Positions 12,872-22,518 of a stretch of DNA of 60,265 bases are shown here, piece after piece. The stretch spans positions 1 through 60,265 of the forward strand of contig JAKATI010000003.1 of assembly GCA_021828045.1 (NCBI GenBank), given 5' to 3'. The stretch comes from Pseudomonadota bacterium (GTDB taxonomy: Bacteria; Pseudomonadota; Gammaproteobacteria; JAKAQQ01). How positions within the stretch are numbered: position 1 is the first letter of the stretch; each line of letters opens with the position of its first letter. The notes beneath the pieces were generated by a model. It was not told where the DNA came from, made no database searches, and was given only the letters and a program-made list of their open reading frames with translations. A program made the position numbers and the translations under genes.

Positions 12872-13936
12872 GTGGATGAGTCAGGGTCCCTAAACCGACA
12901 GCCATCAGATACGACCAGCCTTCTGGATGGCTTGGCCACGGCGGTTATTCGCGTCAATTCCAACCTTGTTCTCCTCTATGCCAACGCGGCGGCAACTGAC
13001 CTGTTCGAGTTGCCCCAATCCGCAGTGGGCCGGCCCTTGGCCGATATGGTAACTGCCTTTGCGCCCTTGATCCCCCTCCTGCCCGGCCAGCTTGCTGTCG
13101 GTGAGATCCGGAGCTATCGTGAGCTTGAGCTTGCGGTGGGCGGAAGGACGGTTACGCTTGACTGCATTGTCTCTCCTTTTCCACCTTCGGAACTCATTCT
13201 CGAACTCTATCCCCTGGATCGCCATCTACTGATCAGCCGCGAGGATGCCCTGACTCAGCGTTATCAGGCAGGTCGTGCTCTTCTCCTCCAGCTGGCCCAT
13301 GAGATCCGCAACCCGTTGGGCGGGGTTCGAGGTGCAGCACAACTGCTTGAGGCAGAGCTTGAGGATCCATCGCTTCGTGACTATACGCGGATCATCCGAA
13401 ATGAGGTTGACCGGCTCGGTGGACTGGTCGAAACGCTCCTGGGACCTCTGACACCGCCGAGGCGTTCTCCGCTCAATATCCATGAGTCCACCGAGCATGT
13501 CTTGCACATGATCGAGACGGAGCGGGTGCCGCGATTGCGGCTGGCTCGTGATTATGACCCCAGTCTGCCCGAACTGTTCCTGGATCGTGATCTTTTGGTC
13601 CAAGCCCTCCTCAACCTGGTCCGTAACGCCCGGGAAGCCATGCAGGATAGCGGAACAATCCGGATCCGGACCCGGATCGAACGACAGTACACAATCCAGG
13701 GACGACGTCACCCACTGGCCATACGTCTGGATGTCGAAGACGAGGGGCCCGGAGTGCCGCCTGAGCTCGGCGAGCGGTTGTTTCTTCCCTTGGTGAGTGG
13801 TCGTCCGGGGGGAACCGGGCTCGGATTGGCGATTGCCCAGGATCTCATCCAGCGGCAGGGAGGACTCATCGAATGGAAGAGCCGGCCCGGGGAGACCGTT
13901 TTCTCGGTCCTCTTGCCCATCGAAGGAAGCCCGTGA
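12872..13936 (+). CDS. ntrB: Nitrogen regulation sensor histidine kinase NtrB/NR(II)
   Basis: 354 aa with an N-terminal PAS-like region (LLDGLATAVIRVNSNLVLLYANAAATDLF), the H box HEIRNPLGG, and N/G boxes (LLNLVRNAREA, GTGLGLAIA). Confidence 0.9.
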   Translation: MDESGSLNRQPSDTTSLLDGLATAVIRVNSNLVLLYANAAATDLFELPQSAVGRPLADMVTAFAPLIPLLPGQLAVGEIRSYRELELAVGGRTVTLDCIVSPFPPSELILELYPLDRHLLISREDALTQRYQAGRALLLQLAHEIRNPLGGVRGAAQLLEAELEDPSLRDYTRIIRNEVDRLGGLVETLLGPLTPPRRSPLNIHESTEHVLHMIETERVPRLRLARDYDPSLPELFLDRDLLVQALLNLVRNAREAMQDSGTIRIRTRIERQYTIQGRRHPLAIRLDVEDEGPGVPPELGERLFLPLVSGRPGGTGLGLAIAQDLIQRQGGLIEWKSRPGETVFSVLLPIEGSP

Positions 13937-15309
13937 CTGCTCGCAGCTGGATCTGGGTCGTGGATGACGATGCCTCGACGCGTTGGGTCTTCGAAAAAGC
14001 CCTCGCGAAGTCAGGCTACGACGTGAAGGGATTCCCCCGTCTCAACGAGTGTGAGGAAGCTCTGAAGCATGGGGAGCCCTCAGCGCTGATTCTGGATATC
14101 CGTCTACCGGACGGCGATGGGCTGGATTTCCTGTCCTTCTGGTCCAAGCGATTCCCACGGCGCCCGGTTATCGTCGTGACTGCCCATGCAGATTTTCAGA
14201 ACGCAATCCAGGCCTATGAGAATGGAGCCTTCGAATACCTGCCGAAACCAGTCGATTTGCGTGAACTCATCGCTGTTCTCGAACGTGGGCTCTCACACCC
14301 GGGTCCGGATGAGAAAAGCCGAAAACACGGACCGTCGTCGTTGCTGATCGGCGCGGCACCCGCCATGCAGAGGGTTTTCCGCCAAATCGGCCGGTTGGCC
14401 AGAAGCGATGTCACGGTTCTCATCAGCGGGGAATCCGGGACAGGAAAGGAACTTGTCGCTCGCGCGCTCCATGCCCACGGCCCCCGGACGAAAGGACCAT
14501 TTATTGCCATCAATGCAGCGGCGATTCCAGCGGAACTCCTTGAAACCGAGCTATTTGGACATGAACGAGGGGCTTTCACGGGTGCCGTCACGGGGCGTGC
14601 CGGCCGTTTCGAACAGGCCCAGGGGGGGACCCTTTTTCTCGACGAGATAGGTGACATGCCCCTGTCGCTTCAAACTCGTCTCCTTCGGGTCATTGCCGAA
14701 CATGAATTTTTCCGGGTCGGCGGCGAGAAAACCGTGGCGACGGACGCTCGACTGGTTGCGGCGACTCACCAGGATCTTGCGACCTTGGTGCAAGCGGGCC
14801 GTTTCCGTGAAGATCTTTACCACCGGCTCAATGTGGTTGAAATCCGCCTTCCTCCTCTGCGGAAGCGGCTTGACGATCTACCTCTTCTCCTTGAGCACTT
14901 CCTTCGGGAGGCAAGTGCCGAGTTCGGGCTCCCCCCTCCTCGGCTCACTGCTGAAGCCGTGGATGAACTGAAGCACTGGCCCTGGCGCGGAAACATCCGG
15001 GAACTCGTCAACTTCTGCCGGAAAATCGTGCTGGAGCCCCCGGGTCCATTCGTACAAGTTCGAGATCTTGAAAGTTTCCGTTCGGATTCACACTCCGGGA
15101 ACATGCAGGAGTGGTGTGAAGTCTTGGGCCAGTGGTGCCATACCGCTTCTCCGGCTGACTATGCCCAGGCACTTGAGAAGGCGGAACGGATTCTCATTGA
15201 GGTTGCTTTGGAACGTACGGGAGGCCATCGCCAGGAGGCAGCACGACTCTTGGGAATGGGACGAAACACCTTGACAAGGAAACGTGCCCGATGGAAGGAA
15301 AACCAGTGA
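13933..15309 (+). CDS. ntrC: Nitrogen regulation response regulator NtrC (sigma54 activator)
   Basis: The GTG at 13933 overlaps the ntrB stop (GTGA), so the tracked start at 13873 lies inside ntrB. Contains a receiver domain (WVVDDDASTRW...DIRLPDGDG), an AAA+ domain (GESGTGKE, GAFTGA) and a C-terminal HTH (AARLLGMGRNTLTRK). Confidence 0.93.
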   Translation: MTARSWIWVVDDDASTRWVFEKALAKSGYDVKGFPRLNECEEALKHGEPSALILDIRLPDGDGLDFLSFWSKRFPRRPVIVVTAHADFQNAIQAYENGAFEYLPKPVDLRELIAVLERGLSHPGPDEKSRKHGPSSLLIGAAPAMQRVFRQIGRLARSDVTVLISGESGTGKELVARALHAHGPRTKGPFIAINAAAIPAELLETELFGHERGAFTGAVTGRAGRFEQAQGGTLFLDEIGDMPLSLQTRLLRVIAEHEFFRVGGEKTVATDARLVAATHQDLATLVQAGRFREDLYHRLNVVEIRLPPLRKRLDDLPLLLEHFLREASAEFGLPPPRLTAEAVDELKHWPWRGNIRELVNFCRKIVLEPPGPFVQVRDLESFRSDSHSGNMQEWCEVLGQWCHTASPADYAQALEKAERILIEVALERTGGHRQEAARLLGMGRNTLTRKRARWKENQ

Positions 15310-16049
15310 TTGTCGCGAACACAGTTGGCCATGGTCCCCGTGTCACGGTCTGGGTGCATGGATGGCTCCGCTCGTCTCCCATGTTCGGATCCCTCATTCC
15401 CTTCCTGGATCCACAGGCTGACCGTTGGATTTTCGTGGATTTGCCAGGCTATGGTGCAAACCGCAAAAACCATGGCGAGTTCACTGTCGAGGGTGCGGTG
15501 AGGGAACTCGCTCATTTCTCGGATGAGGCTGGATTGAGCCAGGCACGTTGGGTTGGGCATTCCATGGGAGGACTCTTGATACAGCACCTTGCGTTGAGGG
15601 TCCCCGAACGGGTGGGTTCCCTCGTTGGGATTGCTCCTGTACCGATGGGCGGATTAGCTCTCAACGATCGCGCCCGGGAAGTCTATCGGGAGGCCTGTAC
15701 ATCAGAGGAAGCCCGGTATCGGGTGCTTGTGCGGCTCGCAGGACCGGCGACCTCATCCGAAACCATCCGGACCTGGGTGGGGCAAAGTTTCTCCGAAACA
15801 CGTGAGGACGCACTTCTCTCCTATCTCGATTCGTGGTCCGTCGAGCGGCAAGAGGTTCTCCCCCAAGGCCTCCGCTCGATTCCGTTCGTCCTGGTTGCGG
15901 GAGGAGCCGATCCGGCCATCACAAAAAACAGGATCACCGGGTCGATTGCTCCCCTCTATCGCCATTTTGAGCTTCACATCCTTGACGGAATCGGACATCT
16001 GCCTGTGGAAGAGGATGCCTCACGAGTCGCACGGGCACTCGTCCAATAA
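15291..16049 (+). CDS. Alpha/beta-fold hydrolase
   Basis: 252 aa with an HGW oxyanion region, the nucleophile elbow GHSMGG and a C-terminal GHLP histidine. An alternative GTG start at 15306 overlaps the ntrC stop. Confidence 0.7.
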   Translation: MEGKPVIVANTVGHGPRVTVWVHGWLRSSPMFGSLIPFLDPQADRWIFVDLPGYGANRKNHGEFTVEGAVRELAHFSDEAGLSQARWVGHSMGGLLIQHLALRVPERVGSLVGIAPVPMGGLALNDRAREVYREACTSEEARYRVLVRLAGPATSSETIRTWVGQSFSETREDALLSYLDSWSVERQEVLPQGLRSIPFVLVAGGADPAITKNRITGSIAPLYRHFELHILDGIGHLPVEEDASRVARALVQ

Positions 16050-16101
16050 TCGGCGAAAACGAAGGGTCAGGTCTTCTTTCAGGATGAAATCAGAAGGAAC
16101 T

Positions 16102-19100
16102 TTAGTAAATCTCGGTCCAGTAAATCTCGTCAGGGTTTGCCCGGTAAATTCCAAAATTGAGCGTACCGGAGGGAGGCTGGTTGTCCTGCCCCGTGCCGTT
16201 CCAGTCATACTCGAGCCAGCTCGGAATTGTTGCGGTAGTGAGAATAAGGGCGCCTGTCACATTGGGGGCCTTGAACCAAAGATTGAAATTGCCACCTTGA
16301 GGCGGCTCACTGAAGTCCTCACCCGTTTTACTGCTGCCACACGATAACCCACTCTGATTCCCTGTTTCCCACACACAGGTGTCTGACGGGGTCACAGGTC
16401 CACCCGGCGTGGGTTCCGAGAGGGCAAGGGTGACACCCGTCGTACAGCTGTCCTCGGTGGCTGGAACCCATCCCGTCGAGGAGCCAAGATAGTATTCCGT
16501 TGTCATGGGATCGTTCAGGTCCAGTTCCTCGGAGCCATAGGCATTGGGAATCACCAGTCGGCCCTGGCGAATAGTTGAAGCGTCACCCGTTGCAAAACCG
16601 ATTGTGAAGGTGAATGGATTCTGGGGATAGGCGATTCCGTCTGTATCCGTAACCGGGAAACTGACGGTAATATCCGACTGGAAAGGGTTGGCTACGGGTG
16701 CGGGTTTTGTGCCATTATCCGGTTGGGTGTAGGACAAAGGGCCCGAGAAGGTGGTGGTTACCGATCCGGGTGCCGTATTTGTGGTGGTGGTGGGCGAATA
16801 ACCCGCAACCGTGCTGTCCACCGTGACGCCCAAAGTGGAGGGGGCATTGGGATCCGAGTAGCTGGGTGTGATCGCGGGAAGTTTCCACCAGTCGGCGCCG
16901 GTCCCAAAATTGGAATAATTCTGGGTTGTTGTACCCTGTGCATTGACCGCGGTAATTGTCACCACGGGGGGGGTGGCATAGTTGAGAGGTTGACCCAAGT
17001 AGGTGAAGTTTGCCCCACAGCTCGAATCGAAGCTTGGCGAATTCACGCTGACATCGAAATGGTCAGGGGTAAAACGACCCACATAACTGCTGTTGGGTAG
17101 GGATCCCGTGTAATAACTATAACCCGTTGCATCCACACCGGGAGTGTTGAGATAGTTGGTCGCGGTGGCCTCGAAAGTGACGCTACCCACTTCGCTATAT
17201 TCCAGGTCGTTTACGGTACCACTCCCTCCAGTGACGTCCAAGGAACCGTTGCTGATACTTCCCAGAACTCCTTGAGAGGGCAAAAAAGGTGAGACTGCCG
17301 ATACCGAGACGGGCCATGAGAAATGGGCGAGAACCAGATTGGCTGCATTGTCTACTGCAATCCCCGAACCAGTGGGGGCTGTGCAGTTGGGGGCATTGCA
17401 AGTATCCGTGGATGACCAGGCATAGGCAGTCACCACAGCCGTGAAATTCTTGCCGGCCGCCGTGAAAATGGGATCAGTCGGGGACTGCGAACCGGGATTC
17501 CCTTGCACGGTGATGAGAAGGTCGTATGGAATCACGGTCACTGGAAGGCTACCGCAGGTCTGGCCGTTCCCCATGCACCAATTCAGAAGGTACTTTCCGA
17601 CATCGGTCGTATCTAGCGTGAAGTCCGCCACGCCGTTTGTGAAAGCCAGATGGATGTTGAAGTGTCTGGGTTGACTGGTGGGAAGGGGGGATACGGTCTG
17701 TTGTGTATTCCCCGTCACGCCCGGTAACGCGGCACCGGGAGGCTGATCGGGGTCAAGCGTTAGCCATACAGTCATCTTCTGGTGTTTATTGTTTAATCCC
17801 GTATTGACATTGCAGCCGTTATAGCTGGTCACCGTCATGTTTTGGGGACGACCCGCGATCGGGATGGCGATCTCGCCGGGGGCATTGGCCACCACCAGCG
17901 AGCCTCCACGAAAGGTGATGGGTGATGAGGTGTTCGTGATGCCTGTACCAAAATCCTGAACCGTGACCGATACCGTTTCGGCCGTCGGATCGGACAGGTT
18001 GAGGACGATTTCACCACCATCCGCTGGGACAAACTGGTAGGTCCACTGGGGATAACCGGAAACAGGGTTGGGACCGATAAACGTGAGAGTGCCATTGGCC
18101 TGGTTGGGAGTGAGGTTGGCGTTCCCCGAGTTGGAACTCACGGTAATGATGATCCGTCCCGTGTAGCCCGGAATGACATTGCCGGCTGCATCTTCAGCAA
18201 CGATGGTGACCGGTACCGAGAGGGAGGCACAGGTGCTTCCCGAGGCAGGTGACGTGATACCGAAATGATCCAGCAGGCTCGGTTCAAAAAGGATTGCCGT
18301 ATCGTTGAGTGCTGCGAGATTGTTGGTATTTTGGATGTTGGTGATGTAGGGGTAGTTATAGTAGTTGCCAGTGGTATTGATCACCCAGCCAATGGCCGGC
18401 AAGTTTCCGTTGGTATCGAGGGGAGGGTCGCTTGTATTGTCCTGGTACTGGAATTCGAAGGTTCCGTTGGCATAGAGAATGGCTTGCACACTGAAGGCGG
18501 GTGGGGGGGGGTAGCCGGATTGAGGAACATTCAGCCAGGTGACCACAAAATACTGGAGGCCAGACGACGTCGTTCCGGTTCCATAAAAGACGCCACAGTT
18601 GGGGGCTGCACAAAGGGTATTTTCGGGGACGCCATTGTAAAGAGAGGGGTCCCCCGGATCAAAATCCACGCTATAAGGGATAATTGTTGTGGTCGGCGTA
18701 CTGATTGTATTGCCGGTTGTAGTGGGGATCTGGATAAAGGGCCCGCCGTACCCGCACGCACTGTTATTGAATTGAAGCCGGCCGTTGGCATCAACCTGCA
18801 CCTGGGTATAGGCGGTGCCCCCATAATCAAAAGTGAAGCCCAAGGGAATCTGCCAGGTGATGTCATCATCGGGAGTGGCTCCATCATAGGTGCCTGCCGT
18901 GCAGGCCTGGCCCGACGACCAGGAACCGCCTGTGGGCCCGGTGACGATGAGCGTTTGTCCCGCTGTACTGATCCAGCCGAAAGAGGTCGGAACTGCCGTG
19001 TAACTCACTGTCCCCTGCGCGCCGGTCATCCCAACGAGCATCAACAGGATAACGCCCGCCAGGATACGGCAACCTCCGACACGAGGAAATAAGTTGGAGA

Positions 19101-19122
19101 GATCAGAAAGCTTGCGGTGCAT
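16102..19122 (-). CDS. mshQ: MshQ-like large pilus-associated surface protein
   Basis: 1006 aa from the ATG at 19122. The tracked start at 19437 adds an Arg/Pro-rich read-through that overlaps mshP. Has an N-terminal signal/TM segment (CRILAGVILLMLVGMTGAQG) followed by a Thr/Ser/Gly/Asn-rich protein. It is the last gene after mshO-mshP, as in the Vibrio MSHA locus. The assignment rests on position and size. Confidence 0.6.
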   Translation of the reverse strand: MHRKLSDLSNLFPRVGGCRILAGVILLMLVGMTGAQGTVSYTAVPTSFGWISTAGQTLIVTGPTGGSWSSGQACTAGTYDGATPDDDITWQIPLGFTFDYGGTAYTQVQVDANGRLQFNNSACGYGGPFIQIPTTTGNTISTPTTTIIPYSVDFDPGDPSLYNGVPENTLCAAPNCGVFYGTGTTSSGLQYFVVTWLNVPQSGYPPPPAFSVQAILYANGTFEFQYQDNTSDPPLDTNGNLPAIGWVINTTGNYYNYPYITNIQNTNNLAALNDTAILFEPSLLDHFGITSPASGSTCASLSVPVTIVAEDAAGNVIPGYTGRIIITVSSNSGNANLTPNQANGTLTFIGPNPVSGYPQWTYQFVPADGGEIVLNLSDPTAETVSVTVQDFGTGITNTSSPITFRGGSLVVANAPGEIAIPIAGRPQNMTVTSYNGCNVNTGLNNKHQKMTVWLTLDPDQPPGAALPGVTGNTQQTVSPLPTSQPRHFNIHLAFTNGVADFTLDTTDVGKYLLNWCMGNGQTCGSLPVTVIPYDLLITVQGNPGSQSPTDPIFTAAGKNFTAVVTAYAWSSTDTCNAPNCTAPTGSGIAVDNAANLVLAHFSWPVSVSAVSPFLPSQGVLGSISNGSLDVTGGSGTVNDLEYSEVGSVTFEATATNYLNTPGVDATGYSYYTGSLPNSSYVGRFTPDHFDVSVNSPSFDSSCGANFTYLGQPLNYATPPVVTITAVNAQGTTTQNYSNFGTGADWWKLPAITPSYSDPNAPSTLGVTVDSTVAGYSPTTTTNTAPGSVTTTFSGPLSYTQPDNGTKPAPVANPFQSDITVSFPVTDTDGIAYPQNPFTFTIGFATGDASTIRQGRLVIPNAYGSEELDLNDPMTTEYYLGSSTGWVPATEDSCTTGVTLALSEPTPGGPVTPSDTCVWETGNQSGLSCGSSKTGEDFSEPPQGGNFNLWFKAPNVTGALILTTATIPSWLEYDWNGTGQDNQPPSGTLNFGIYRANPDEIYWTEIY

Positions 19123-19558
19123 CGGTAGCTGTGACCTGGATGGTGCGCTGGACAAAGTCGGGGGTCTGCCCAAACGTGCCGTTCGAGGCATCCGCCTGGA
19201 TGACATAGACGTTAAAGGTGGTGCCGTGCTCCGTATGGGCCGTGGAAGAACAGCTGACGGTGACGGAAAAGCCGGATAGCCCGTTGGCCGTGAACGGAAG
19301 AGTCGTGGTCGCGGGGCAGCTGTGGTTTGTGACCGCTTCGTAGGCACCCCAGCCGGCACCGCTTTGGGCGGCTGCAAACGCACGTGCCTCGAGCAGGACA
19401 AGTGTGGGAGCGGTCTGCCCCGCCCCGGAAATCTCAATCACGAGGGCAGCCAGGGCGCCCAGAACGACGATGATAAAGAGAGCAATCAGGATCGAAAATC
19501 CCGACTCGGAAGGGGTCTTCCGTGACACAAATTGCGGGCATGGATGTTCAGGGTGCAT
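19103..19558 (-). CDS. mshP: MshP-like minor pilin-like protein
   Basis: 151 aa with a pilin-like hydrophobic N terminus after a Gly (SESG/FSILIALFIIVVLGALAAL), but no Glu5. It sits between mshO and mshQ. Confidence 0.5.
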   Translation of the reverse strand: MHPEHPCPQFVSRKTPSESGFSILIALFIIVVLGALAALVIEISGAGQTAPTLVLLEARAFAAAQSGAGWGAYEAVTNHSCPATTTLPFTANGLSGFSVTVSCSSTAHTEHGTTFNVYVIQADASNGTFGQTPDFVQRTIQVTATDAPQAF

Positions 19559-20417
19559 TGAAGACCTGGACCTCGCGCAGGAGGGTCACGCTCTCCTCAT
19601 GGCTGGTCAATGTGAGAGAAAGGGTGACGAGACCGGCTCGTTCAGCGGTTCCGGGTGTGTAGGTGAACGAGCAGGCACTGACCAGGTTGGCACCGAGTTC
19701 ACCAGCGGTTGCGCTGACAGGCTGGGTGGAGGAGATGGCGTATCCGCTATCACGCCGGAGGGTTCCCAAGGATGGATCGCAGAACCAGGAGACCGGACCA
19801 CTCACGACGTAGACCCGGTCGTAAGGGGAGCGGTACTTGAACTGGAAAGCCGGACTGATTGAAACGTGGTCTTCGCTGGTGCCGGCGGTGAAGGTCAAGG
19901 TTGTCCCCGGTGGCGTGATGACGTTCGGGGGCCCTGCGGTATTGTCATAGGCATCGGCCCCGCTCTGGCCGGTGTTGTAGATCACAAGCGAGTCCGTACT
20001 AGTGGTGAGTGGCAGGGTCAGCCGAGTGAAATGGCCGAGGATGTTGAACCCGCTGGAGGGCGCATTGAAGGTGAGGATATCGGTCGGTGAGGTGACTGTA
20101 CCGCCCGGCCCGTCCCGATAACGGGCCCCATCGGCCGTGAGGAGCAGCTCGAGGGCATCCACGCCCGCGCTCTGGGTGGTCCGAATGCTGTTCGGAAGGG
20201 CAGCACGAATGTCGCGTGTCATCTCCGTGAGCGCAGAGCTGGCTTCCTCGACCAGAGCCACCCGTCTCCCGGTCTCGAAAAAAGCACGAACCGGGCCTGC
20301 GATGACGAGCCAGAGCACGGTCGAAAGAATGCCCAGGATCACAATCACCAGAACCAGTTCGATCAGGCTGAAGCCTTGGCTGGTGGGGGATGGAGGGTGT
20401 GGAACGCGCCGCTGCAT
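19548..20417 (-). CDS. mshO: MshO-like minor pilin (prepilin-type N terminus)
   Basis: The ATG at 20417 gives MQRRVPHPPSPTSQG/FSLIELVLVIVILGIL, a class III signal peptide with Glu5. It begins 7 nt after the mshD stop. The tracked start at 20483 overlaps mshD. Confidence 0.55.
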   Translation of the reverse strand: MQRRVPHPPSPTSQGFSLIELVLVIVILGILSTVLWLVIAGPVRAFFETGRRVALVEEASSALTEMTRDIRAALPNSIRTTQSAGVDALELLLTADGARYRDGPGGTVTSPTDILTFNAPSSGFNILGHFTRLTLPLTTSTDSLVIYNTGQSGADAYDNTAGPPNVITPPGTTLTFTAGTSEDHVSISPAFQFKYRSPYDRVYVVSGPVSWFCDPSLGTLRRDSGYAISSTQPVSATAGELGANLVSACSFTYTPGTAERAGLVTLSLTLTSHEESVTLLREVQVFNAP

Positions 20418-20424
20418 TGCATGC

Positions 20425-20868
20425 CTAGAGCGGAAATCGGAAGGCGGAGAGGGTAATGTTCGCGAGACTGGCCCGGGCGACATTGACGGTGATCAGTTTG
20501 GCGGAGGCACCGTCGAATGTTTCGTCGCTGACCGTGACCCGTACGGTATAGTCGCCGAGCCCGGCGATCGGTTGCCCAAACTGGTTTTCGGCGCCCACGT
20601 TCACGAGACCGTTGTAATCGTCTATGTCGTTGTAGTCGGCTTGGGTGCAGGGGGACGGGCAGGGCTGGTCCGTGTACGACTTGCCCTGGATTTCCTCAAG
20701 GTAGGCCTGACCGATGGCTACTGCTTGGGTAACGGCCAAGGGATCTGCGCTCGCGCCCACGCTCTGGTCGAGCGCGAGCAGGACCGCGGTCAGGGCGATC
20801 GCGATGACGACGATCGTGATGACGAGCTCGATCAAGCTGAACCCACGGGATCGATGGAGAGAGACCAT
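20425..20868 (-). CDS. mshD: MshD-like minor pilin
   Basis: 147 aa with the leader MVSLHRSRG/FSLIELVITIVVIAIAL. Its start overlaps the mshC stop (TGATG). Confidence 0.6.
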   Translation of the reverse strand: MVSLHRSRGFSLIELVITIVVIAIALTAVLLALDQSVGASADPLAVTQAVAIGQAYLEEIQGKSYTDQPCPSPCTQADYNDIDDYNGLVNVGAENQFGQPIAGLGDYTVRVTVSDETFDGASAKLITVNVARASLANITLSAFRFPL

Positions 20869-21311
20869 CAGGGGGAGTGAGTCACGAGTCCGGTGCCGGA
20901 CTCGATCGTGAGGATCCCGCTGAAACCACCGCCCGTGATGGTCACGGTTTCCTGGGCAGCGCTCATACCGGAACTATTGAACAGGATTTCCTGTGTCAAT
21001 GGACTGGTCGACTGGCTGATCCCGGAAGGGAGGATTCCCGTGTAGGCTTGGCCCGATGCGGGATTGACGACCGGTTGACTGAAGGAACCGGTCGTGCAGG
21101 CTGGAGCCTGATCCAAGGCGTAGCCGGTGCCAGAAAGCGAAACGCTGACGGGACACTCGCTCGCGATGGCCTCACGACGGGCAAAACCCAGCGCGGCATC
21201 CAGGGAATCAAAGTAGCCGTGGGCATCAAAGACCGTGAGGTCGAACAGTCGAGGCAGGATGAAAAGCGAGAGAATGGATACAAGAAGGAGGACCAGGACC
21301 AGTTCGATCAA
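20868..21311 (-). CDS. mshC: MshC-like minor pilin with a problematic start (possible frameshift in the leader)
   Basis: The open frame reads ...PFRG/VTLIELVLVLLLVSIL, but the only in-frame start is the TTG encoding the L of TLIELV at 21311. See the corresponding finding. Confidence 0.5.
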   Translation of the reverse strand: MIELVLVLLLVSILSLFILPRLFDLTVFDAHGYFDSLDAALGFARREAIASECPVSVSLSGTGYALDQAPACTTGSFSQPVVNPASGQAYTGILPSGISQSTSPLTQEILFNSSGMSAAQETVTITGGGFSGILTIESGTGLVTHSP

Positions 21312-21414
21312 GGTGACACCCCGGAAGGGGGAGGGGGTACTCGGGCCCCCCTTCCCATGGCAGAAGAACTGCCGGGGTCGGGCTCCCGTGACGGGTTCCT
21401 CGGTGAGAGTCCGG

Positions 21415-21822
21415 TCAGGGCGCAGCGTTGGTGGCGATCACTTCCGCACTGGTTGTGTTCCCGGTCGAGACCTGATCCACCGTGCAGGCTGAAGCCGTAC
21501 CGATCGCCGTCCCGATTGTGCCCGTTACCGTGTATTGGGTACTATCGAGCGGCTGCTGGAGAATGCCGGCCGGTGCACCCCCAAGAACAGTCGCGCAGGA
21601 GGCTCCAGCAGTTGAAACCGCGCTCGGGTTCCCGGCCACCGCAGCCGCATAGTTGATTGCGCTGGCGGACTCGATCGCACCCACAACCCCCTGGAGGGCG
21701 GCGGTGTCCGCTTGAGTACTCAGGTTGACGAACTTGGGAATGGCAACTGCGGCGAGTATCCCCAGAATGACAATGACCATGACGAGCTCGATGAGCGTGA
21801 ATCCAGTCTGACCCTTTTTCAT
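21415..21822 (-). CDS. mshA: Major type IV pilin, MshA-like
   Basis: 135 aa with a canonical prepilin leader MKKGQTG/FTLIELVMVIVILGILAAVAIPKF. The C-terminal half is Ala/Gly/Thr-rich with a Cys pair. It has its own promoter upstream. Confidence 0.8.
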   Translation of the reverse strand: MKKGQTGFTLIELVMVIVILGILAAVAIPKFVNLSTQADTAALQGVVGAIESASAINYAAAVAGNPSAVSTAGASCATVLGGAPAGILQQPLDSTQYTVTGTIGTAIGTASACTVDQVSTGNTTSAEVIATNAAP

Positions 21823-21924
21823 GATGCAACCTCTCTTGTCAGCATGCGCTACAGACGAAAACCGATGGCTGGGAACTTCTCACGTTTTAAAAAAGCCGAA
21901 GCCATCTACATTGAAATTGTGGGT

Positions 21925-21953
21925 ATTATAGGGAAGGGACGGGGTGGTGTCCA
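21925..21953 (-). promoter_or_regulatory. sigma70 promoter of the mshA structural operon
   Basis: The minus strand reads TGGACA-17 nt-TATAAT (-35 at 21953-21948, -10 at 21930-21925). It lies just downstream of the GNAT stop and about 100 nt upstream of the mshA ATG. Confidence 0.55.
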
Positions 21954-21972
21954 GCCACTTATCGCTAGAAGA

Positions 21973-22518
21973 CTACCGTTCGCGAAGCCCGGAACTTCCG
22001 TGGGTGTTCGGGTGGGGGGCAAGATCCAGGCAGAAAATGAGCTGGTCGTCTCCCGGACGGTAAAAGTCGGGCAAACGGGCAATTTCCGTAAAGCCGCAGC
22101 GACGGTAGAACGAGTGGGTTGGCTGGTACAGGGGGCGGGCCGATGTTTCGACATAAAGCTTCCGGGCTGCTACCGAAGACTGCAGGCGGGTGAGAACCGT
22201 TGCGAGGAGATGTTTCCCAACTCCGTGGCCTTGGGCCTCCGGAGCCACCACGATCCAGTAAAGATCATGGCTACCCGTGGTTCCTGGGATGGGACCGTGG
22301 CACGCGTAACCGATCGGGAAGCCCCTTGGACGTTCTGCTACCTCGAAAAAGTAGCCGGAAATTTGCGCTCCCTGTGCCAGATGGGATTCCATGAGTTCTT
22401 GAGCCACTGCCACCTCGGGCTCGTCGAAATAACCGGTGGCACGGACGATATCGATGAGCGGCCGAATATCCGTTCGCTCAAGCGAAGGGCGAATCAGGGC
22501 AGAATCAGTCGCCGGCAT
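21973..22518 (-). CDS. GNAT-family N-acetyltransferase
   Basis: 181 aa from the ATG at 22518, since the tracked ORF (to 23010) runs out-of-frame across the preceding gene. Has the acetyl-CoA motif QGHGVGK and a conserved YRRCGF block. Overlaps the upstream ATP-grasp gene by 14 nt. Confidence 0.8.
   Translation of the reverse strand: MPATDSALIRPSLERTDIRPLIDIVRATGYFDEPEVAVAQELMESHLAQGAQISGYFFEVAERPRGFPIGYACHGPIPGTTGSHDLYWIVVAPEAQGHGVGKHLLATVLTRLQSSVAARKLYVETSARPLYQPTHSFYRRCGFTEIARLPDFYRPGDDQLIFCLDLAPHPNTHGSSGLRER

Noticed and set aside
19123-19437. 5' extension of the tracked mshQ ORF (Arg/Pro/Ser-rich 105 aa)
   Set aside because: It has low-complexity composition and lies entirely inside mshP in another frame. 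A signal-peptide-bearing start exists at 19122.
18265-21656. Plus-strand ORFs of 275, 247 and 259 aa opposite mshQ, mshO, mshD and mshC
   Set aside because: They are antisense to genes with clear prepilin signatures. Gly/Arg/Asp-rich translations are typical of the reverse frames of GC-rich genes.
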